From: Octopus sinensis
Taxonomy: Eukaryota
Length of the DNA: 64,000 bases
Reading direction: 5' to 3'
NCBI RefSeq assembly: GCF_006345805.1
Contig: NC_042997.1
Location: forward strand, 86,118,001 to 86,182,000
This document shows, piece after piece, positions 49,041 through 62,343 of the stretch. A program made the position numbers and the translations under genes. The stretch's first letter is position 1; the number at the start of each line of letters is the position of its first letter. The notes below the pieces were generated by a model that searched no databases, was not told where the DNA came from, and worked only from the letters and a program-made list of their open reading frames with translations.

Positions 49041-50660
49041 CTATCACCTTTTGATATAACTGGAGCAGAAATATCAGAAACACTCCCATTTATCTAATGT
49101 TCTGAAACCCCTGGTGAATTCTGTTACCAAACAGTCCTTTGATCAAATGTTATCCAGCCATGACCTTCCCAATTTTTTAAAGACATAATTTGAGAAAAGT
49201 TGACCAATTGGCAGAATTGGTAAAGTGTCAGTTTCAATGTTTTGTGGTATTTTACTCTGGCTCTGTGTGCTCTAAATTCAAATCCTTAAATCCTTGCTAG
49301 GATTGACTTTGCCTTTCACCTTTACAGAGTTGACCAATAAAATTCCAGTTCAGGGTAGGGAATTGGTGGAACTGTTAAAATACCAGACAAGATGCCTTGC
49401 AATATCTGTTCTGGCTCTTTGTTTAGATTCTGTGTCTTAATACCAACCTTCTCATAATAGCAAATATGGCCCAGCTAACACTGATTGTCCTCTAGTATCA
49501 AGCAGAACAACACAACAACTGAAGCAACAACTAGATTTCCATCAATATGCATAATTATAAAAATAAAAGAGAACTCTTCACTGAAACAGTTAAACACTAA
49601 AAAAAAGAATATGTGTAACTTGAAGTATATTTGGCTGCTATGTCTAGCAGTTTCAGTAACTACACAGAGGCTCCCTCCTTGTCTCTATCACATTTATCTA
49701 GAATATAATTTAGAGAGTGATGAGCTCTAGTAGATTAACCTGCTTTTGGTAGACAACATAAAGTCAATGAAATCTTCAAATGATATCCTTGTCAAACACT
49801 CAAAGAGATTAATCTTTTAGTTTATATGCCAAAATCCATGATTATTACTTTTTAAATTAAGTGAATATAATCTCATAAAAGCATTGTTGATATCATTTGA
49901 AGACTTCACGGACTTCGTGTTTCAATGGTTTATCTGAAATTATCTACACAGTGAGACGCGATGACTGAGACTAAATTGCTCTGCCAGTAGTTCCACAGTT
50001 ATGAATTCAAACCATTCTAGGTGCCATGTTTATTGCATTGAGCTCCTGGGCCATTTATACCACCTTTCGGGTCACTGTCTATTTAACTGGCAAATGGGTG
50101 CCATTCTTACTTCATAGCTGTTGTTGTTGCTTATCTTCAACCCTAATAAAGTAGGAAATACTTTTTAACCATGACCATCTCCTCTTCATTTTCTCAGAGT
50201 TATATTCACAACTAAACTAACCAATGTGTCCCTATTGTTCTAAGATGATCAGGTATATTTTGAGGAAGACTTTGCTACTATTTCTAGTAGTCATCTGAAG
50301 ACACAGAAAAGACTTTTATCATTAAAAATACCATGGCTCAATAAATATGTAAATGTACCGGTTTCAAAAGATTACCATCCAGTCTTTGGTAGCACAGAAA
50401 AAGAAAATCGAAAATAATAAAAGTCTTTATAATAATATTTTAGTGTTATTCTAAACCTCTAGTGCTACACATTAAAATTTGATAAGCCATAAACTTACAC
50501 AGTAATGTTTCTTGTCTATTTAAGTTTGACAGGATGTAAATAAAAGGAATTCCAATAGCACTTCAACAGTGAATTATTAAGTAATATGCAAAGCTACATT
50601 ATGTTTATATGATAATTTTCATGAAAAACAAAATAAAAGGGGGGGGGGTTAAAGACTTAA

Positions 50661-50892
50661 CCCTTTACCATATTTTTGGTGAGAAATACAGCTTATATTT
50701 TTTAATTAATTTTGAATATAATCAAGACTTTGAGAAGATTTAGTAAAATAAATTAATATGCTGTTTAAAACATAACAAAAATATTCTAAGATAAAATGAT
50801 AGACAGTTTTAATTTAAATCTGTGCATTCTAAACTGAGTGATTTTGTATAATAGAACTAGTGGAAGTCTCAGGTGGGTTAACATTAAAAGAG
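50661..50892. mobile_element. Second TTAA/piggyBac-type MITE family
   Basis: TTAA-CCCTTT left end; aaaagag-tt-TTAA right end (degenerate). Confidence 0.55.
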
Positions 50893-51249
50893 TTTTAAGG
50901 ACATTGTAATAAAGCTGAAAGCTAATAGCCACATGTCTGATATTTCTTTTTTTACCATTGGCTGAAGTTATATCACTCTAATTCAATTACTCTTGACGTG
51001 TAAATCATAATATCCATTTTATTTCAAACAGAGCAGTTTGTCAATGTTATGTGATTAAGTGATGAACCTAGGCACAGGTTTGGCTGTGTGGTTACGTGGT
51101 TTAGAAGGTCACTTTGCAACCACATGGTTTCAGGTTCAATCCCAGTGTGTGACACCTTGAGCAAGTGTCTTCAACTACAGCCCTAGATTGACCATAGCCT
51201 TGTGAGTAAATTTAGTAGATAGAAAGTGTATGAAAACCCATCGTATATA

Positions 51250-52234
51250 TCATCATTATCATTATCATGTAACATCCATTTTTCATGCTGGCATGAGTTG
51301 GATGGTTTGACTGAGGACTGGCAAGCTGGAAGGCCGTACCAGGCTCCAATCTGATCTGATAAGGTTTCTACAACTGGATGCCCTTCCTAATGCCAACCAC
51401 TCCAAGATTGTAGTGGGTGCTTTTTACATGCCACCAGCATGAGGGCCAGTAAGGCAGTACTGGCATCGACCACACTTGAATGGTGCTTTTTACGTTCCAC
51501 CAGCATAGAAGCCAGTCAGGTGGCGCTGGCAACCACTACACTCAAATGGTGCTTTTTATGTGCCACTGTCACGGGAGCAAGTTAGGTGGCACTGGTATTG
51601 ACCATGCTCGAATGGTGCTTTTTACATGCCACTAGCACAGGAGCCAGTCAGACAACACTGGCAACTACCATGCTCAAATGGTGCTTTTTACATGTCACTG
51701 GCACAGGAGCCAGTCAGGCAGCACTGGCATCGACCATGCTTGAATGGTGCATTTTGCATGCCACCGGCATGAGTGCCAGTCAGGCAGTAATGGCATCAGC
51801 CATGACAATGATTTCACTTGATTCAACAGGTCTTCTCAAGCACAGTTTATTGCCCAATGATTGAAGGGTACCCTTAAATGGTTCTGTTATGCTACACTGA
51901 CATAGACCATGGTTACAGTCTCACGACATATTTCCAAAGGTCTCAGTCACTTGTCATTGCCTCTGTGAAGCCCAATGTTTGAAGGTTGTGCTCCACTACC
52001 TCATCCCAGGTCGTCCTGGGTCTACCTCTTCTACAGGATCCCTTTACTGTTAGGGTGTGACACTTTTTCACACAGCTGTCCTCATCCATATGCATCACAT
52101 TACCATACCACTGCAGTCGTCTCCTTGCACACAACATCTGATGCTTTTTATGTCCAACTTTTCTCTCAGAGTACTTACACTCTGTCATGTATGCACACTG
52201 ACATTATACATCCAGCAGAGCATACTAGCTTTCT
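51250..52234 (-). mobile_element. RTE 3' end with expanded UTR repeat array
   Basis: LREKLDIKSIRC..RRLQWYGNVMHMDEDSCVKKCHTLTVKGSCRRGRPRTTWDEVVEHNLQTLGFTEAMTSD. Confidence 0.9.
51416..51811. repeat. Six tandem 66-bp units in the RTE 3' UTR
   Basis: ggtgc starts at 51416, 51482, 51548, 51614, 51680 and 51746. Confidence 0.95.
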
Positions 52235-52533
52235 AGTATATATATATATATATATACACACACACATATATAAATAATATGAGTGTGTGTGTGTGTGTAT
52301 ACATGTGTTTGTCTCCCCACCATTTGACAACTGGTGTTGACTTGTTCATGTCTCTGGAAGAGACTGATAAAATAATGATCAGCATGGCCACAGTCCAGTA
52401 ACAGAAACAAGTAAACAATAGAATATATGTGTCCCATGTATTGATACAAAATCTAAATACAGAATCCAGTTCAAAATAATACCTTCTATCCTCAATTCTT
52501 CATTAGAATTAGAAATAATTAATATATAATTAT

Positions 52534-52890
52534 AGGTTACAGGCATTGCTGTGTGGTAAGAAACTTGCATCCCATCCACATAGATCTGGGTTCGGTCCCA
52601 CTGTGTGGCACTTTGGGCAAGTGACTTCTATTGTATCTTCAGGCTGACCAAAGCCTAGTGTGTGTGTGTGTCTTTGTGTTTCTGTCCCCCACTACTGCTT
52701 GACAGCCAGTGTTGGTGTGTTTACATCCCTGTAACCTAGCAGTTTGGCAAAACAGATCAATAGAATAATTGCCAGGCTTTAAAAGAAAAAGTACTGAGAT
52801 TGATTCATTCAACTAAAAATTTTTCAAGGCTGTGCTCCAACATGGCCGCAGTTTAGTGACTGAAACAAATAAAGGATAAAAGTTAAAAGA
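52534..52890 (+). mobile_element. SINE family A
   Basis: gggttcggtcccactgtgtggcactttgggcaagtg...ccaacatggccgcag. Confidence 0.8.
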
Positions 52891-54517
52891 TACTTATTCA
52901 TTCAAAGATCTAAAGTAGCCTAAAACATATTTGTTTTTTGTTTGTTTGTTTTTTTTTTAACTCTGGCTACAAATATCTCATAATGAGCCTGAAGGTAAAT
53001 CTAAATCTTAGGCTTAAAACATTTTAAAGCACTATATTCTAAGCTATTCATAGCCCTGCTTTTGAAGCTCCTGCAGCTGATTCTATCTGCTATCTTTGCT
53101 TGATTAGCTCCACTAAAATGCTCCCATTTATTTTTATCTGGAAATTTTCAAAGTGCTTACTGTGTTCTCTTATATGGCGCTTGTGATGATTGGATTAAGG
53201 AATATTTTATTCAAAGATTATAAATCTTACTTTATGGTAAAATTCTCACACCTATCTTTGAAATAATTCTGTTGATTTTGAGAGGAATATAAAAGGTGCT
53301 TTCAGTATAAATTCTGTAATTATTCTGAAACCTAATAATATAAGTGGATTATAAAAATCACTTTGATGCTTTTATGAGATTATATTCACTTAATTTAAAA
53401 AGAAATAATCATGGCTTTTGGCACATAAACTAAAGATTCATCTCTCTGAGTCTTTGATTGCCTTGAATATTTTATACCTCATGGCAATTACTCTCCAACA
53501 AGTCTAGCAGAAACTGAGTAAATGTGTTTCTTGGTACAAGGGTCACTTGTAATAATATTCCTTATTAGTGCATCTAATGCTAACCCACTTGGTTTATTTT
53601 GCTGGTATTTAGCTATCGAGAATAAAGTGACTTGATAGTAAATTACAAGTACAAGTTAAGTTGATCAAAATAGCTGAGGGGAAGTTCTTGCAGGCTCTTA
53701 ATAAATATTCATATGTGCCACATAGGAAATACAGATGTTTAAATATCAGACAATATATTGAGATCACATCTCATTAAATTGGACTATGTTGATGAGATAA
53801 GGTTGTCAGAAAGAAAATTGATTGGTCACAAGTAACTTTAGTACAGGTCAATGATGTAGCCTTGCAGTATTTTGTTCTGGTTCTTTACATTCTGAGTTCA
53901 AGTATCGCTAAGGTCAACTTTGTCTATTATCCTTGGTGGGACTTTTAAAATTTAGTGCCAGTAAAGAGTAGTGGACTGAATTCTTTGTAGTATTTGTTCC
54001 AGCTCTTTATATTCTGAGAGCCTCTGCTGACAGGACCAGTGCTAGGAAGTGCAAAGCCCTCAACTTTTGCAAAAGCTGATGATTGATATTTTATACTTTG
54101 TGTTGTACACCAGTTGCAGTCAATAAACATTGAGAGGTTGAAGCTCCACCATTAGCCTCAATGATATACTAAAAATTCATCATAGCATCCTCCACTCACA
54201 TGTGTACACAGGAGCCCTCTCATGGCATGGGGCTCAATCTGAACAGATCTGTCTAATGGGCTTAAAACCAGACATGTCTGCAGGAATGACAAATTATGTC
54301 TGTATCTAGCCAAGATGGTGTCTTGTAAAAAGAAAATATCCAAAAGGAGGCAATAAGAAACCATTTTTGCATTTCACTATGAAACTTCTGTTAAACACAT
54401 AGCATTTGTAAGGTAAGTTACCAGAACATGTCTACAATCTGATGTCACAATTTGAAAGAAGGACTCCTGGTACTTACTATTTTGTTACCATGCCTGGTTC
54501 TTACAATTTTGTTACAT

Positions 54518-55240
54518 AGTTGTACATAAGAAGCATCAGATGTGGTGTGCAAGAGAGATGACTGTGCTGGTATGGTCATGTGTTGCATATGGATGAGGAC
54601 AGCTGTGTGAAAAAGTGTCACACCCTTACAGTGGAGTGATCCTGTGGAAGAGGTAGGCCCAGGAAGACCTGGGATGAGGTGGTGAAGCACAACCTTCAAA
54701 CATTGGGCCTCACAGAGGCAATGACAAGCGACTGAGACCTTTGGAGATATGCTGTGCTTGAGATGATCTGGCAAGCCAAGTGAGATCATAACTGTGGTCG
54801 ATGCCAGTATCACATAACCAGCCCGTTTAAAAGTACCTTTCAATTGTTGGGCAATAAACTGTGCTTGAGAAGACCTGTTGAGTTAAGTGAAATTGTAGTC
54901 ATGGCTGATGCCATTGCCGCCAGACTGGTACCCATACTGGTGGCATGTAAAAAGCACCATTCAAGCATGGCCAATGCCAGTGCCAGTGGCACTTAAAAAA
55001 CACCATTCAAGCATGGTTGATGCCAGTGTTGCCTGACTGGCTCCTGTATTGGTGGCACATAAAAAGCACACACTACACTCTCAGAGTGATTGGCATTAGG
55101 AAGGGCATCCAGCTGCAGAAACCTTGCCAGATCAGATTGGAGCCTGCTGCAGCCTCCTGGCTTGCCAGTCCTCAGTCAAACTGCCCAATCCATGCCAGCA
55201 TGGAAAGCACATCTTAAATGATGATGATCATGATGATGAT
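54518..55240 (+). mobile_element. RTE 3' end plus UTR and (GAT)n tail
   Basis: WYGHVLHMDEDSCVKKCHTLTVE...GRGRPRKTWDEVVKHNLQTLGLTEAMTSD. Confidence 0.9.
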
Positions 55241-56298
55241 ATATGGGTGAGCTTGGATCTATGGTTAAGAAGTTTGTTTCCCAGATATTTAAGGTTTAGT
55301 CCCATTGTGTGGAATCCTGGGCAAGTGTCTTCTACTATAGCCTCAGGCTGGCCAAATCCTTGTGAATGGATTTAGTAGACAGAAACTGAAAGAAGCTTGT
55401 GTGTGTTAGTGTCTCCTTTTATGGCATCATATAATGGATGCATATAAGCAAAAATGGATACAATCGGAATAAAGAAGAAACAGTGATGTGGTTAAATTTA
55501 CCCTGGTATCATATATTATCAGCTTTAAAAAAACAAAAAAAGGACATCAGATAATGCAGTCCTAGAATGGAATAGTCATAGCTCAAGTAACACCTTTGAT
55601 CGTATGTCTGCTTGATCAGAGGTAATATGGGATGAAACAACAAGTAAATAGTATTTGAGGCTGTTAGTCCAGTGTGTTAGCTACCATTTTTACCAAATTC
55701 TGTCATTCTCATATGAAGAAATATTTTCATTGTATTACTGTTGTGGTATAGTAGGGGGATTGGTTTCTTAGTGATCTCACCAATTCCAAGAGAACTTTGG
55801 GTTAGAAATCACTAAAGTAGTTTCAAACTCTTTTCGTGTCCTGTATCAGACTTTATACCGAACTGTCAATAGTGACAAAAATGATTGCAGGGAAAGAACA
55901 ACATTAACACTGATTACATAGGATTAAATTGTGGCACCGAAATATTCGACTTTATTATTTTTTTTTTTTTTTTTTCAGTTTCTTTAGAAAATATCTTCTA
56001 CTTTAGATATTATGGTAATTAATAATCAGTTTGTGAGATATTTAGAGACCACAACCTCAATTTGCAATCGCAATAACAGAACTCACCCACACTTCATGGA
56101 CTAATCACAGGCATCAATAGGTTGCAATACTGTTGCACTACTCCACAGTCACTTCCACCAGTATTACTTAATATAATTCTATAAAGTAAATAGGATCAGA
56201 ATAGAATGAACTGAACATATTGGTAAGCTTTTTAGTTTATTCTGAAACATTGTGTATGTGCATATTTGTGTATATATGTGTGTGTGCATGTATATGTG

Positions 56299-56355
<57 letters not shown>

Positions 56356-56914
56356 AACTGTATATGTGCATGTACGTACATACATCTGTTTATATACAGA
56401 GACAATATATTTAAGAGATATATGGATATCAATTGTTATACACATACATTCATATAGACACATACAGACATGTGCTTGTGTACATACATAGATACATAAT
56501 CATTGTGAACATCGGAAATGACTAGATGACTAGTGTATAAGCAGAACTTGTAGTCAAGTTGAAAGAGTAATTTTGAGTGAAAGAAGCTTTAGTTTGTGGT
56601 AATAATGGAAATGGACATTAGGATCAGAATCTAATCAGATCTGTCTTCATACAGCTCACTTCAGTCATCTTTATTAACTATTTCATATTATAGAGAAGGC
56701 AACGAGTTTCATATTAAATATTAAAACAAATGAATGTGTCGAGAGTTGAACAATATATACCCCCGCCTCCTCACACACTACACACACACACAATGAATTA
56801 AAGGGACATGTTATTTCTATGAAGATCACAGGTACCTATGACTTTTACAGGACCTCCTTGGCTGGTTTAAATTGATACAATTTATGCTTAGTTTGACCTT
56901 AAGTAGATCAATGT

Positions 56915-57250
56915 GAAGGCACATGGCTCAGCGCTTAAAGCATCAGGCTCACAATCATGAGGTAGTGAGTTCAATTCCTGGACCGGGCTGTGTGTTGTGT
57001 TCTTGAACAAAACTCTTTATTTCATGTTACTCCATTTCACTCAGCTGTAGAAATGAGTTGTAACATCACTGGTGCCAAACTGTATCAGCCTATGCCTTTC
57101 CCTTAGTTAGCATTGGTGGCATGGAGAGGGAAGGCTGGTATGCATTGGTGACTGCTGGTTTTCTATAAACAACCTTGCTTGGACTTGTGCCTCGGAGCGT
57201 AACTTTCTAGGTGCAATCCCATGGTCATTCATGACTGAAGGGGGTTCTTT
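56915..57250 (+). mobile_element. tRNA-headed SINE, further family
   Basis: tggctcagcg A-box-like and gagttcaattcc B-box-like motifs; ttcactcagctgtagaaatgag; tail gggggttcttt. Confidence 0.7.
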
Positions 57251-57329
57251 ATATAGACCAATGGATTGAATTTAAAAATATAGGCATAGGGGGAATTCCA
57301 GAGGGTTTCAGTTTTACTGAAGAAGGATT

Positions 57330-57680
57330 GGGTAAAAAGTTAAGAACCTTACTTTCCAACCATATAGTTTTGGGCTCATTACCACTGCATGGCATCTTGG
57401 GCAAGTATCTTCTGCTACATCTCCATGTTAAACAAAGCCTCTGCAATTGGATTTAGTAGATGGAAATTGAAAAATGCTCATCATGTGTGTGTGAGTGTTG
57501 TTGTATTTGTCCCCCACCACTGCTTGTCAACCAATGTTGGTTTATTTACATTCCCATAACTTCAAAGTTTTGGCAAAAGTAACTGATAGAATAAGTAACA
57601 GGCTTAAAAAATTTCTTGAACTAAACCCTTCAATGTTGTGCCCCTGCATGACCACATTTCAACGACTGAAACAAGAAAGA
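57330..57680 (+). mobile_element. SINE family A, diverged
   Basis: gcatcttgggcaagtatcttc...gcttgtcaacc. Confidence 0.7.
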
Positions 57681-57993
57681 AATGACGTAAGATTATTCTT
57701 TAAAAAATGCAATTTTGACGAAGATATAGTTATTTCAACATTTATTCATATTAACACTTTTGGAAGACACAATATGGCTGTGATTTAATGGACTGAGTGT
57801 TAGAAATGTGAGTGAAAGAAAGTTTTGTGAGCTCCAACCCAGACATGTAGGCCTCTGCTATGCTATTACCACAACTCAACTTTTTTTATGTAGTCCTTTC
57901 CTTTTGCTTATATTACTAAGGCTTTTCATAAAGATGTGAACATCATACTATCCTATCTCTCTCTACTTATCTCTCTTTCTCTCTCTCTCTCTA

Positions 57994-58081
<88 letters not shown>

Positions 58082-59329
58082 TGTGTGTATCATACCCTCT
58101 CTCTCTCTACTTCTCGGGATGCAATATCTTGTTATGTGAAACCTACTTTTGGAATGTAATCTCTAGGCTGATTCATAGGGCCAGGTCTCTCCTCCCAAGA
58201 CACACATGCACACACACACACACACACATACCTTTTATATATGTGTTATATAAGGTTTGTTTCATCCAGTGCCCTACCCCAACACAAGAACATAAAACAA
58301 GAAAGAATAAAATACATACAACCACTGAATCATGCCAAGGGCATCATGCTCAAATCACTGTTAATGTATCCCAGTTACACATCGATTCTCCAGCCCTTAA
58401 TACATACAACCCTCCACACATACACACAGAATATGCATGCACCAACATACCTTGAACACAAATGTTATTTGTGTTACTGTTATTGTTAACAATTTTCACA
58501 TTTGAAACTCACAAAATAGATCTGTCTCCCTTCTATCATTGAATCAGATATCAAATGGGTATCATATTTTACTCTAGGATGCATTCAAAGATTATATATA
58601 TGTATCATATTTTATTCTTGGATCCATTCAAAGATTAAGAAGAGAAAGAATGTATACAAACTTGTAAGTTATTGAATTACATTGAAATGTTGAGTTGAAT
58701 TTCTGCTAGTCGGTATCAAGAATTCTCCTCTTATTGATTATAGTAGAGTTTCTTATAAGGAACAAAACAGGTGTAATACTATTGAATTTAACTTTTTCTC
58801 AGGTTATGAGGAGTCATAGAATTGGCACTCATTTGTTGTAGTTGTTGTTCAGCATTAAATTATCCCTGAATGAGCCGGCCTATAATGAAAGGTATTTTAG
58901 ATATGACCATTCTATCTTAGGGCTATCAAGGATTACATTTTCTAACACAGCCATCTCTTTTTTAAGATGATGAAATATAATTTGAGAGAGAAATATAGCT
59001 GCTTGGGCTAGCAGAGCCAGTAATTATTTAGTGACTCTGTCATTGGCTCAGAGCCTTCATCTATAATGTTTAACATGACGTGAAACATGCAAAGTACACA
59101 TAATATTTTCTTTGATAGGAAGCAAGTATAACATATAGAAGTAACTATCCCAAGAAAGCAATACTCTAGACTCTATAAATTCCCCAGCTCTCATTAACCT
59201 GGGCTCCTAAGCAAAAATGTAAATAGTTGCATATACAGCTCAAGAGTAATGATTAGAGGCAAACTAATGGACAGAATTACAAAAAGAACTCAGGAGTATA
59301 TCAATAATAGGCTTATCTCTCAACTACCA

Positions 59330-59490
59330 TATTTGTTCACCTGAATGTTTAATTTCCTCATCACTTTCACCAGTTTGATTGTCCAAATCATTTTCATTGC
59401 TTGCATAAGAGTAAACTCTTCATCCAAAAAATAATATCATCAATAATTTCCTCAACTATAAAGAGTCTAGGCCATGCTCAATCACAACAC
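59330..59490 (-). mobile_element. Possible decayed acidic transposase N-terminus (piggyBac-like)
   Basis: Frameshifted RLFIVEEIIDDIIF/DEEF/YASNENDLDNQTGESDEEI; compositional resemblance only. Confidence 0.25.
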
Positions 59491-59569
59491 AATATACTGA
59501 ATTCACTCTGGTTTTTTTTTTTTTTTGCTTTTATTTTCCTGGTTAACAACAAAAATAAGCAACAGATAT

Positions 59570-59804
59570 TTCATATTTCTTTATTTCTCACAAGGGGCTA
59601 AACATAGAGGGGACAAACAAGGACAGACAAACGCATTAAGTCGATTACATCGACTCCAGCGCATAACTGGTACTTAATTTATTAACCCCGAAAGGATGAA
59701 AGGCAAAGTCAACCTTGGTGGAATTTGAACTCAGAACGTAGCGGCAGATGAAATACCGCTAAGCATTTTGCCTGGCATGCTAACGTTTCTGCCAGCTCGC
59801 TGCC
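59570..59804 (-). mobile_element. SINE family C, young, with 18-bp TSD
   Basis: aaaataagcaacagatat (59552-59569) / aaagtaagcaactgatat (59807-59824), 16/18. Confidence 0.9.
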
Positions 59805-60319
59805 TTAAAGTAAGCAACTGATATGGGGACACCTTTAACAATGAGTCATAAACACATTTGAGTACAAACACAGAAACGCATTTAACTACTGGTCAGTTAT
59901 CTAATTTTAGAATTTTATCTTCTTTTTTTTACATGTGTTGTTCATTACTGCTTTAATGGTAGTGATTATGTTTAGACTATTCTCGGTATACTATCTTCAT
60001 CTTCATTTAACTTCCCTGTTTTTATGCTTGAATGCATGAGACAAAGTTTATTTGGGGCAGATTTTTTATAGCTGGATATCCTTCTTGTCTCCAACCCTCA
60101 CCTATTTCTAAGCAAGGAAAGATTTTTCCATAGTCAGATATGTTCTCACAGAATACTGGAAAGGAGTGACACTGCTGGTATGATAGTGACACTCATTTAC
60201 AACCATTGCAGAGTGTCAAAATGCAAAGACACAAGCACACACCCAAGAGGTGTGTGTTGTTTGCACTGTGAGAACAATATTTTCTATCATGATTAACTAG
60301 ACGAAGAGAATATTTGTGA

Positions 60320-60780
60320 GGTCAATCAAACTGGTAGAAATAGCGGCCAAATCTCTCTGAAAGCCTACCTTCTTCTCTGAGAAATTGAAGAACAAGTTGG
60401 GTAATATAGTCCTGGATACATTATGTCTTAAAATGAAACATGGCATTATGATTATGGCTTGAATCTGTTTGATTACAAGTCTACCAAAAAGAACCTATAT
60501 GTTGTCTATCAACCTGATGAAATAGAAGTCAATTCTCCCTGAAATCCCACCTTATCTGAGAAATTTAGAAACAAATTAGATGATATTCTTCTGGATACGT
60601 TATGACTAAAAAGAAACACCTTTTATCACACACAAGTATGCTAGAACAACATCAGAGAGAGTTTATTGAGCAATCACTCAATATCTCAGAATTAGTAACT
60701 AAATTTGTTCAAACTCTGTTGTCTTCTGATGAGGAGAATCTATTGGAGTGGTGATTGCTGAACTGCTTGACCAATATGAA
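60320..60780 (+). repeat. Two to three tandem family-D copies
   Basis: tagaaatagcggccaaatc at about 60335; related unit at about 60515 sharing tctgagaaatt...ctggatac. Confidence 0.65.
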
Positions 60781-61999
60781 ATAATTGACAGCCCTACAAA
60801 AAATAATGAAAGAAGACATATATATGCACCCACGCACACACACACACATATGTATACATACACCCATGTGTACATATGTATATATATATTAAATGTATCT
60901 ATGTGTGTATATGTGTGTGTGTGAATGTATATATACTTATATATATATATATATATATAAGTATATATACATTCAAACACACACACACTTTTTATCTTGA
61001 CAACATTGTATTTCCAACTCTACCATAGTCTACTTCATGGAGATTCTCTTCTTTCCCAAATTCTCCAGTAACAGACAAAATGACGTCTTCACTATTAATC
61101 GGTTTTACTAACCTTAGAAGTATTTTCATTTCTTTTTTTTTATCTATACTCTTTCTTTTTATACCGTTTCTTTAAGCCAAGAAAATAAAATCGTTGATGT
61201 TAGCTGTTGCAAGTAATGGAAATGTATTTCTTTAAAACAGCTGCCCCAAGTAACAATCTACCTCCAGGAATACAATTAGAAAGTTATAAAGGCAAAGTTT
61301 TATTTTTCTTGTTGTAATACAGTAACTTAAGAATTAAAACTGTGTCTCTTTTATTTTTTAGATTCTTTTTTTGTCTCTTTATCAAACTGCATCTCTAATG
61401 TTCTATCTGTGTGTCTATATTTCTTTCTCTCTCTTACTTCATTTCCTGTAAACCAAGAATTTCATATTTCACCTCTTAATCTTTAGATTATAGATTAGTA
61501 AGATAAACAAATGCAGCAGAATTTTTTTTTTTAATCTGTTTCTTTAAGTATGGAAGAATATTGTTTCAACCCTTTAAGGATAGCTGGCAGAGAATAGATC
61601 ACCTATATTTATTTAACTTGCCTCAGAAGGAATTGCAGTTAGATATACGCGCACATGCACACATAACACACATGCACATACCAATTTTTCTTTAATTTCT
61701 ATTGTATTTTTTTTATTGCTATCAGCCAAGATTATTTACTAGGCTGTTTACAGTGGCTTAAAACTGACCAGTATGTTACTAAGTGAGTAGAAATACTGGT
61801 TTACTCATTATGAATGTAGCAATTCTGAAGCCTAGAAATCTTAAACAATAGGGAATGAAATACAGGTTTGTCTGTTTGCTATTTTCAAAGACTTTAATGA
61901 TGCAAATGAAGCATATGTTTTTCAATTTGGCATTGAAAACAAGTCATAGACTGGAAAATAAAAGCAACGACATGAAAACAACAATAATACCATCCTACT

Positions 62000-62320
62000 T
62001 TCTATACAAGCATGGCTTAACTAGAATTTGTTGAAGCAGATTTTCTACAGTCAGACACCCCTTTCTATCATCAACTTTCACTAATTTCCAAGCAAGATAA
62101 TATTTCCCCATGACTAGATATATTTTCACAGAAGATTGGTAACAATACCTCTTGTATGACAGTGACACTTGTTTACAACTATCATGCTTTTCAAGTCAAG
62201 GAGGCACAAACACACACATACACACATATATTTACATATATATGATGAGCTTCTTTCAGTTTCCATCTACCAAATCCACCCACAAGGTGTGGTTGACCCA
62301 GCTATAGTGGTAGACACTTA
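62000..62320 (-). mobile_element. SINE family B
   Basis: Same layout as 1080-1525. Confidence 0.7.
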
Positions 62321-62343
62321 TATTACTAGAGGCATGCAAAGTA

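Noticed and set aside
51416-51811. CRISPR-like array
   Set aside because: Whole units are homologous with no unique spacers, no cas genes, and it lies in a LINE UTR.
54370-54418. Perfect AAG|GTAAGT donor
   Set aside because: No convincing upstream acceptor or long open frame.
60699-60793. Minus-strand terminal exon candidate with strong acceptor
   Set aside because: Overlaps what looks like a degenerate family-D copy; all three frames are similarly open.
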